The translations under genes and the position numbers were made by a program. The notes beneath the pieces are model-generated. The model saw only the letters and a program-made list of their open reading frames with translations, was not told the DNA's origin and ran no database searches. A stretch of 64,000 bases of DNA. It comes from Candidatus Magasanikiibacteriota bacterium (GTDB taxonomy: Bacteria > Patescibacteriota > Patescibacteriia > Magasanikbacterales > GWA2-37-8). Location of the stretch: positions 2,015 through 66,014 of the forward strand of contig JACOYB010000006.1 in the NCBI GenBank assembly GCA_016182085.1. Direction: 5' to 3'. This document shows, piece after piece, positions 57,397 to 64,000 of the stretch (within the stretch, counting starts at the first letter, position 1; each line of letters begins with the position of its first letter).

Positions 57397-58998
57397 TTAT
57401 AATGGAAGTTGGCTTGAACCTTCCGTAGGTTGTTCGGTCGGGGCCGGTTGTTTTGGCTGAATAAATTTATCAAATCCTTGCGGCAATTCCACTCGTCTGA
57501 ATTGTTGTGGGCCTTGTTCCCAAGGCAGCTCGTCTTCTTTCCCGGTTAGATCCTCAATTTTGCTTTCAAACTCTTGTTTTATATTTTCTAAGTCATCCAA
57601 AGCATCGCTAACCATGTCGGTGTCTACGGGCTTGGTTTTTAAGAGGTTGAGAACTTCTACGCCCTTTTCGTTCGCTTGGGCAAGAATAGATTCTAGTTCG
57701 CTAGTATCTACTTTTTTTCTCTTTAAGTTTTTAATAGTGAGATTGGCTTGAGCCATGCCTCGCTTGAATTCGGAATTAAAGCGGCCTAAATTGCTCATTG
57801 TCATTATGACTCTTTGATATTGCCAAACATCATCCATTTGGCCAAAGAAATCATCTTCCAAAGCAGAAAATGCTTCTTCCGAGTTGCCAGCCTTCATTTT
57901 AGCTACAGCATCATCACGAACACTTTTTAGTTTGTTTACAGCTTCTTCAAAAGCTGTGTATTCGCTCTGAACATCTATGCCTTTTTTAGCCAGAGTGGCT
58001 ACAGTTAATTTTGCTCGTTTTAAAGCGGCGGATAGTTGAGCTAATTGACGATCAATTTGTTTTAAGGTTTGTGGCCAGCGAGCCAAAACCTCCAATTGTT
58101 GGCGGTCTTCGTCAAATGTCTCCATCATATCTCGCATTGATTCCATTTCTTCCTGCACATCTTCAAAAGATGTTGCGTTTTTGACCTTATCAACCACAGA
58201 ACGAAGTTTGGCTACATGTTCGGTAATATCAGTAGGCACGGTTATGCCTTTTTTAGACAGAACGGCTAGCTGTCTCTCAAACATTTTGAGCCCTGTTTCC
58301 ATGCCTTTCATGCCGCGTTTCATGCCTTCTATTTGTTGCGCCTTTTCAAAAATTTCTCTTCTGGCATCTTCTAGATAGCGCATTAAAACTTGCACCTCGC
58401 TTATATCAACGTCTTCCAAGCCTTCAGCGCTCGTGGCATTTTGGATTTTATCAAGCAGAGTCTTTAGGTCGCTTAATTTTTGTTTTACTTCTTCAGGAAC
58501 AGCCGTGCCTTTTTTTTCGGCGCTGGCGATCATTAGTTCAAATTGCTTGACTTGGCGGGCCATTTGTTTCATCCCTCTTTTTATTTGCTCCAATTGTCTG
58601 CCATCATTTTGTCCGCCCATCATGCCTTGATTCTGGCTAGGGTCATAATTTGGCGGCATTTGGCCTGGGTACTGTTTATATTGATCGCCAGATGGGGGCA
58701 TCATGCCTTGAGGCGGCATTGGGTATTGCCCTTGGTTTGGATCTTGGGGGTACATTGTTCCCTGGGGAGGCATTGGATATGTCTGATCGGAGCCGCTTGG
58801 TGGAGGGGGCGGCATAGGAGAGGTAGGAGCCGGGGCAATGGTTGTATTGTCTTCGGCGTATACTTGGGTTGATCGTACGGCCTTAAACAGTACCTTAAGG
58901 CTTTGTGGTAATTCTAAATAAAAAGCGTGTGCTGGTTTTGCCATTAATGTGAACGCAAAAATAGCAAAAATTGATATTATTTTTGCAAAATGTTTCAT
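57397..58998 (-). CDS. Hypothetical secreted Pro/Gln-rich coiled-coil protein
   Basis: Signal peptide MKHFAKIISIFAIFAFTLMAKPAHA, PPxG low complexity, then long heptad region. Confidence 0.5.
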   Translation of the reverse strand: MKHFAKIISIFAIFAFTLMAKPAHAFYLELPQSLKVLFKAVRSTQVYAEDNTTIAPAPTSPMPPPPPSGSDQTYPMPPQGTMYPQDPNQGQYPMPPQGMMPPSGDQYKQYPGQMPPNYDPSQNQGMMGGQNDGRQLEQIKRGMKQMARQVKQFELMIASAEKKGTAVPEEVKQKLSDLKTLLDKIQNATSAEGLEDVDISEVQVLMRYLEDARREIFEKAQQIEGMKRGMKGMETGLKMFERQLAVLSKKGITVPTDITEHVAKLRSVVDKVKNATSFEDVQEEMESMRDMMETFDEDRQQLEVLARWPQTLKQIDRQLAQLSAALKRAKLTVATLAKKGIDVQSEYTAFEEAVNKLKSVRDDAVAKMKAGNSEEAFSALEDDFFGQMDDVWQYQRVIMTMSNLGRFNSEFKRGMAQANLTIKNLKRKKVDTSELESILAQANEKGVEVLNLLKTKPVDTDMVSDALDDLENIKQEFESKIEDLTGKEDELPWEQGPQQFRRVELPQGFDKFIQPKQPAPTEQPTEGSSQLPL

Positions 58999-59091
58999 AT
59001 ACGAAATGAGTGAGAGAGCTAAATTAAATGTGCTTAATTTAGTTCCGAACGAATGAGTATATACCTTAGTATATTCGAAATGAGTGAGAGA
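58999..59091 (-). promoter_or_regulatory. Conserved upstream motif cluster (box B, box A, box B) abutting the start of ORF 57397..58998
   Basis: Minus-strand read CTCTCACTCATTTCGAATATAC...TATATACTCATTCGTTCGGAA...CTCTCACTCATTTCGTAT-ATG. Confidence 0.6.
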
Positions 59092-59279
59092 AAGAATTAA
59101 ATGTTTTAATTCTTTCCCAGTGTTTGAGCATATACCTGAAGTATATGCGTTTTAAAAAAGAAGCTGATTAGATATATAGCCGCAGAAGCGGCAACGACCT
59201 TTTAGGAGATTTATTTTACGATAAAAGTATTATACCATAAATTTTGAAAAAAATCAAGGTCTATTCTAGCTAAAGTTTG

Positions 59280-59696
59280 TTATTTTGTGTCTATGCTGTT
59301 ATAAATCTGGTGCAATTCCGATTTTGCTTGCGCATCATTGTCTGGGTAAAACAGCCAAACATTGTAAGTTTCATTTTTTGATTTAATAGTAAATTGTTCT
59401 TTGGTCGTATTACCTTCATCTCTGGCGCCGAAATCAGCCGAACGAAAAATTTCTATACGGCGCTCGCTATCTTTGCTTACAGTTAAGACCTTAAAATATT
59501 TGGAGTAGTCTTGCACGGAGTAATATGTTGGATAGTTAAAGCTAAGACCTGGAAAATAGTCAGAAGAAAAATTGTTTAGTTGATTTTTGGGAACGGGGTT
59601 GGAAACCGGAATTTTTCCGTAAAAAAAACTAAAATAAACACCGCCAATTATCAGTATGGCCAAAATTACGGGAAGTAGTATTTTTTTTGAAGGCAT
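59280..59696 (-). CDS. Hypothetical membrane-anchored protein
   Basis: N-terminal TM helix ILLPVILAILIIGGVYFSFF. Confidence 0.45.
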   Translation of the reverse strand: MPSKKILLPVILAILIIGGVYFSFFYGKIPVSNPVPKNQLNNFSSDYFPGLSFNYPTYYSVQDYSKYFKVLTVSKDSERRIEIFRSADFGARDEGNTTKEQFTIKSKNETYNVWLFYPDNDAQAKSELHQIYNSIDTK

Positions 59697-59849
59697 ATTT
59701 TTTAAATTTATTTATTGTTTATATTGTAGATCATTGTGTATTTTTAGGCAAACACCTTTTCTCCCCATTTCTTTAGTAAAAACATTTTTTCACCTTTCAT
59801 AATTAAAAATCATTTTTCTACCTTTTGTACAAACAAAAGGTAGAGCCCA

Positions 59850-60360
59850 AAATTGCCGAGCGGATACTCACCTGACGGTACTTCCATCGGTTCAATGTCG
59901 TTTTGGCGGTCAATCGGCATAGTCGCATGACCGCCAATCCCCCACCACTTTCATTTGAAAGTGGTGGGGGATCCCTCCATTTCACCGTGGCAAGTACGCG
60001 CAGGTTTGTATATGCTCGGATATCGAACCGTTGTCCCAACGGTGTCCGGTCGATACCCGAGCCTATGGACTTTGGCCGAACTGGCCACAGTGATGGCAAA
60101 CGGTTCCTCCAGCTTGACGGGAGGAATTTGTCCTGCTGTTTGAGAACACCTGTTATAGACAGGTGTTTGAGTTCAGGACAAAAGCGAGACAGAGCTGATG
60201 GCAGTTCGAGACAACAGTACATCCGCGAGGCAGTTTTGGGGTATCACCCCGTTTTGCTGACAAAATGGGGTGATAAATCGTTGATAGAGATGTTTTTACT
60301 AAAGAAAGCGGCAAGGAGGGAGATCTTGGTGGTTAAAGAAGATGGGAAAAAGATAAAATA
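59850..60360. ncRNA. Candidate large structured non-coding RNA / highly structured non-coding island (identity unknown)
   Basis: At least 8 perfect 7-12 bp hairpins and long-range pairings; GC above flanks. No plausible ORF: both long ORFs here read as R/S/G-rich low-complexity. Confidence 0.45.
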
Positions 60361-60400
60361 AAAAACCTCCTGTTGAGCAGGAAGTTTTTATTTAAGTAGT

Positions 60401-62242
60401 TTATACTTCTATAACTACGGGTAATATCATCGGTCTCTTTTCAGTTTTACTGAACAAGAATTGTCCCACGTAATCGCGCAATTTATTTTTTATACCATTG
60501 GTATCTGCCCAGGAAAGCGGATCGGAATCGGTTACCATCTTTTTTACGCGATGGCGTAAATCTTCTATTAGTTCCTTGTGTTCTTTGAGGAATACAAAGC
60601 CGCGGGAGATAATATCCGGGTTTTGGATCAGTTTGCCGGTTTTGCTGTCTACGGTGGCAATGATTACCACCATCCCGTCTTCAGCGAGTACTTGTCTATC
60701 GCGCAAGACGATATTGGTTTCATCGCTGACACCAAGACCATCCACAAATACATGATCCGAAGGCAGTTTTTCTTTGGTTAAGACGCCCATGCCGTTTTTA
60801 AATTCCATGACTTGTCCGTTGTCAGCAATAAAGATATTTTCTTTTGGTATGCCCATGGAAGCCGCTACTTTACCGTTTAAGCGCAACATGAAATGATTGC
60901 CGTGCTGTGGAATAAAGTATTTTGGTTTAAGCAGCGTGAGCATTAGTTTTACTTCATCAGCTTTGGCATGTCCGCCGGCGTGCACGTCCATCATTTCGTG
61001 ATGAATAACTTCCGCGCCTTTTCTAAATAAGGTGTCCTTCAAGCGCTGCACCGTGCGTTCGTTGCCCGGGACAACTGAAGAGGAAAATACGACCGTATCG
61101 CCCGGAACTAATTTGATGTCCCTATGTTCACCGGTAGCGATACGCATAAGAGTCGCGTTTTTTTCTCCTTGGGCGCCGGTACAAATAATCACCACTTTAT
61201 TTGGCGGGTATTTGTCCACCTGTTGCATATCAATCAGAATTTTGGGGTTAAATTTCATGTAGCCAAGTTCTTTGGCAATTTCTACATTGCTTTTCATGCT
61301 AAAACCGCCAAGCGCCACAACTTTGCCGTGTTTTTCGGACATTTCAATAAGCATTTTGATACGAGAAAGCAAAGAAGAAAAGGCGCCGATAATGATGCGG
61401 CCCGGCGCTTTTTGGATAAGATTTTCCAAATTAACACCAATTTCTGTTTCCGAAGTTTGGTGTCCAGGCATCATGGCATTGGTAGAATCGCTCATAAGCG
61501 CGAGCACGCCCTGGTCGCCAATTTTGGCGATGCGCTGTAAATCAGCCGGAGGTTCGCCAACCGGCTGGTAATCAAATTTCCAATCGCCGGTATGGATAAC
61601 CGTGCCTTCAGGAGTGCGAATCACTATTCCCATTGAATCAGGGATGTTGTGATTTACATGGAAAAATTCCACTTCAAATGAGCCAAGCTGCAGTTTGTCC
61701 GTAAGTTTTACGTTGTTGATGGAAAATTGACCGACATCTCTAAAGTCTTCTTGGCGTTTTTTGATAATACTGTTGGTCATCGGTAGGGCGTAAATAGGCG
61801 GATAGCCAATCTTTGGAATAAGGTGGGGAATGCCGCCGATATGGTCGTAATGACCATGAGTGATGATAACGCCGCGGATATGTTTTTCTTTACCTTTGAG
61901 GTAACCCATGTTGGGAATAATATAATCAATGCCGGGCATATCTTCTTCCGGAAATTGCAGACCCATATCCACAAGGATTATGTCCTCGCCATATTCAAAC
62001 ATGGTACAGTTGCGGCCAACTTCTTCCAGACCTCCGATTACCGCCACACGCAATTTTGTGTCTTGGGTTCTAAATCTGGCAAAAGACGGGGCTTCGGCCG
62101 GTTTTTTTATTATAGGTGTCCGGCCCGTTTGAAACGACCGTTTTTGTCTATTTTGCCCAGCCGCATGCGTGCCACCGAGACGGTTTACGCCAGCGTGCTG
62201 AGGCCGCATCTGATTTTGCGGACTTGATGAATATCTCATCAT
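60401..62242 (-). CDS. rnj: Ribonuclease J (metallo-beta-lactamase / beta-CASP RNase)
   Basis: VIITHGHYDHIGG MBL motif. beta-CASP and C-terminal domain pattern. N-terminal ~60-aa basic extension. Confidence 0.88.
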   Translation of the reverse strand: MMRYSSSPQNQMRPQHAGVNRLGGTHAAGQNRQKRSFQTGRTPIIKKPAEAPSFARFRTQDTKLRVAVIGGLEEVGRNCTMFEYGEDIILVDMGLQFPEEDMPGIDYIIPNMGYLKGKEKHIRGVIITHGHYDHIGGIPHLIPKIGYPPIYALPMTNSIIKKRQEDFRDVGQFSINNVKLTDKLQLGSFEVEFFHVNHNIPDSMGIVIRTPEGTVIHTGDWKFDYQPVGEPPADLQRIAKIGDQGVLALMSDSTNAMMPGHQTSETEIGVNLENLIQKAPGRIIIGAFSSLLSRIKMLIEMSEKHGKVVALGGFSMKSNVEIAKELGYMKFNPKILIDMQQVDKYPPNKVVIICTGAQGEKNATLMRIATGEHRDIKLVPGDTVVFSSSVVPGNERTVQRLKDTLFRKGAEVIHHEMMDVHAGGHAKADEVKLMLTLLKPKYFIPQHGNHFMLRLNGKVAASMGIPKENIFIADNGQVMEFKNGMGVLTKEKLPSDHVFVDGLGVSDETNIVLRDRQVLAEDGMVVIIATVDSKTGKLIQNPDIISRGFVFLKEHKELIEDLRHRVKKMVTDSDPLSWADTNGIKNKLRDYVGQFLFSKTEKRPMILPVVIEV

Positions 62243-62314
62243 AACTTAATTATTTAATAATATCCTCGATTTAACCAAGGTTGAAATCGGGGGAGTTAAA
62301 ATTTTTATTTAATG

Positions 62315-62494
62315 TGGACGAGGAGGGGCTTGGCTTCGACTAAAATTTTCTTCCGAAAATTTTGTCTAGCCACCCGTCCGAACGGATTCATCCGGGCGGG
62401 CCGCCTCACGGCCGCGCTCGCCCGCCTGCGTCGCGCGACATCGTTCCGGCGTTCTCGTCCCTCGCCGCAACACAAACTATTGTGTTGCTCTTAG
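62315..62494 (-). other. Conserved GC-rich tRNA-Leu-associated element (copy 2) ending in a direct repeat of the tRNA-Leu(CAG) 3' end
   Basis: Reverse complement ~85% identical to 8331-8514. Terminal cccctcctcgtcca repeats the tRNA 3' end. Confidence 0.75.
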
Positions 62495-62576
62495 TGGACG
62501 AGGAGGGACTTGAACCCTCAAGGATTGCTCCATACGCTTCTGAGACGTACGCGTATACCAGTTCCGCCACTCGTCC
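62495..62576 (-). tRNA. tRNA-Leu(CAG), type II
   Basis: Acceptor GGACGAG/CTCGTCC, anticodon stem TACGT/GCGTA, loop CTCAGAA, long variable arm, T-arm GAGGG/TTCAAGT/CCCTC. Confidence 0.8.
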
Positions 62577-62608
62577 TTTGGGGAACGCAAGCGCGTTCCG
62601 CCGCTGAT

Positions 62609-64000
62609 TTAAAAGCCATTCCACTGGCGTTTGGTTTTTATGTACCAACTACCCAGATCATTGAATCTGTCCGACGGTGAAAATATTTGTTTAAATGTAA
62701 TGCCTTTTATTTTTTTATCCGCGACAAAGTTATACGTGGGGGTATACAGAAATATTGCCGGTATTTCTTTAATTAAAATTTCTTGGAATTTTTCATACAA
62801 CTGCGCGCGCACGGCTGGGGTGGTGGTAGCTCGAGCATCTTCCAGCAATTTATCAACTGTACGATTTACATATAGTGATAGGTTGAGCCCCGGGTATGCA
62901 ATTTGTGAAGAATGCCAGAATGGGTACGGATCAGGGTCGGCGCCGACAATTTCTCCGTAAAGCAACACTTCGTAATTTCTATCACGCAAGATGTCTTGAA
63001 CGATCTGGTAGCCGTTAATCGTCAGAATTGTTGTCTTAACTCCAACTGTTCGCCACATTTTAGCGATAGCTTCGGCAGCTAATTGGTATTCAGGACTATC
63101 TACGGTAGTAATGGCAACGGATAAAATTTCGTTACTTTTATTTTTTCTATAAAAGCTTTGGTCCGGGCTCATATCCTGGCGGATGGATTCGCTGATCTCC
63201 TCTTCTATTTTTTTAATTGCCGCTTCTATTTCTTCCGGAGGCGTGCTGGTATTTTCTTTAATTGCATCTATTTCATTTTGTTTGGCTTTAAGGCTGCTTT
63301 CGTATTGAGTTTTGAAAAAATCTTCAGGTTGAATTTTTGTCCAACTCTTATTTAACAACTGATTGGCTTTTTCAAGATCAAAGGCGGGAGTATTTGTAAC
63401 CGTGCCATAACTGGGCGCTCCTTTGAGGATAGGAGAATTGATAATTTCGCCTTTGCCGGCCAAGGCATCATCTACAATTTTATTTTTGTCCAAGGCAGTT
63501 TGTAAAGCCAAACGAAAATCATTATCCTTTAAGACTGGCGCGGTGTCAGGATTAAAGAATAGGGCGGTATATTGAGGCAGTTCAAATTGGTATGAGTCAA
63601 AATTTTTACCGACAATTTTTTCAGTTAAATCATTGGGAAGAAAACTGACAGCCATCACATTTTGGTTTTTAAGAAAACTGGCGGTATCGGTAAAGTCAAT
63701 ATAAAATTTAAAAACAAGCGTTTGTAAATAGGGCAATTTGTTGTAATATAATTCGTTCCGCTGCAAGGTGTAGCTTTGAATGTTGCCGGCCGAATTTGTG
63801 AGTTTGCTAAATTTCCAAGGGCCGGTGCCGATTGGCTGTAAATTGCTTTTTGATACCCGAATAGCCGAAGGAGGTAAATTACCCCACGTATGCTGTGGTA
63901 AAATTCCCAGTGTTAAGCTGTTTAAAAAGGGGGCAAATGGTTCTTTTAACGTGAAACGAACGGAATGGTCGCTGGTTTGTTCTATCTCAATACCTTGAAA
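62609..64000 (-). CDS. ABC-transporter substrate-binding protein, family 5 (peptide/nickel-type), 5' end outside window
   Basis: In-frame continuation upstream of the TTG at 63766 reads ..GTGPWKFSKLTNSAGNIQSYTLQRNELYYNKLPYLQ (SBP_bac_5 GTGPYK motif), no stop before the window edge. Confidence 0.7.
   Translation of the reverse strand, partial: FQGIEIEQTSDHSVRFTLKEPFAPFLNSLTLGILPQHTWGNLPPSAIRVSKSNLQPIGTGPWKFSKLTNSAGNIQSYTLQRNELYYNKLPYLQTLVFKFYIDFTDTASFLKNQNVMAVSFLPNDLTEKIVGKNFDSYQFELPQYTALFFNPDTAPVLKDNDFRLALQTALDKNKIVDDALAGKGEIINSPILKGAPSYGTVTNTPAFDLEKANQLLNKSWTKIQPEDFFKTQYESSLKAKQNEIDAIKENTSTPPEEIEAAIKKIEEEISESIRQDMSPDQSFYRKNKSNEILSVAITTVDSPEYQLAAEAIAKMWRTVGVKTTILTINGYQIVQDILRDRNYEVLLYGEIVGADPDPYPFWHSSQIAYPGLNLSLYVNRTVDKLLEDARATTTPAVRAQLYEKFQEILIKEIPAIFLYTPTYNFVADKKIKGITFKQIFSPSDRFNDLGSWYIKTKRQWNGF

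Noticed and set aside
59818-60361. ORFs 59818..60222 (minus) and 59903..60361 (plus) as proteins. Also the tmRNA hypothesis for this region.
   Set aside because: Both translations are low-complexity R/S/G-rich with no motif, typical of GC-rich structured non-coding DNA. tmRNA is rejected because there is no tRNA-like acceptor/T-arm with an ACCA end and no tag-peptide ORF (ANDENYALAA-like).

Overview
The window is AT-rich (roughly 40% GC by eye), compact, standard genetic code, and has canonical sigma70 promoters (TTGACA-N17-TATAAT). The gene content points to a Patescibacteria/CPR-like bacterium: small type IV secretion pilin-like proteins, minimal housekeeping genes, and rRNA genes with insertions. 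That assignment is inference. Main content: (i) a tandem array of seven paralogous pilin-like genes (1-4671) with a WMTAxGNxE motif and variable Cys-containing tails; (ii) a tRNA-His / tRNA-Arg cluster holding nested tRNA-Arg(TCT) fragments around one intact tRNA-Arg(TCT) flanked by GC-rich inverted repeats; (iii) rpsO, an NYN-domain gene and pnp; (iv) a 23S-5S rRNA unit with its own consensus promoter, no 16S gene upstream, a compact ORF-less group I intron in 23S, and a partial 5S duplicate; (v) a central block of housekeeping genes (LacD-like aldolase, glmS, HAD, YvcK, RluA, rnc, nusB, rpmF, FemAB-like, topA, dprA, pth, der, LCP, thrS with a T-box-like leader, miaA); (vi) a cell-envelope glycan locus (three GT4 glycosyltransferases, a WbaP-like sugar transferase, large exported proteins); (vii) RNase P RNA, RNase J, and two tRNA-Leu genes each followed by a conserved GC-rich ~170-nt element bounded by a direct repeat of the tRNA 3' end. 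A family of GTCATTCCC...GGGAATCCAG palindromic repeats occurs six times and is inserted in-frame in four CDS (FemAB-like, TopA, a GT4 glycosyltransferase, a large membrane protein), in the manner of Rickettsia palindromic elements. Several small GC-rich islets sit next to tRNA or rRNA genes and look foreign. One encodes a HIT protein plus an archaemetzincin-like peptidase. A ~500-nt hairpin-dense non-coding region at 59850-60360 is the most enigmatic object. A bipartite conserved motif ending exactly at the start codon precedes four unrelated genes. No CRISPR array, transposase or integrase gene is present.
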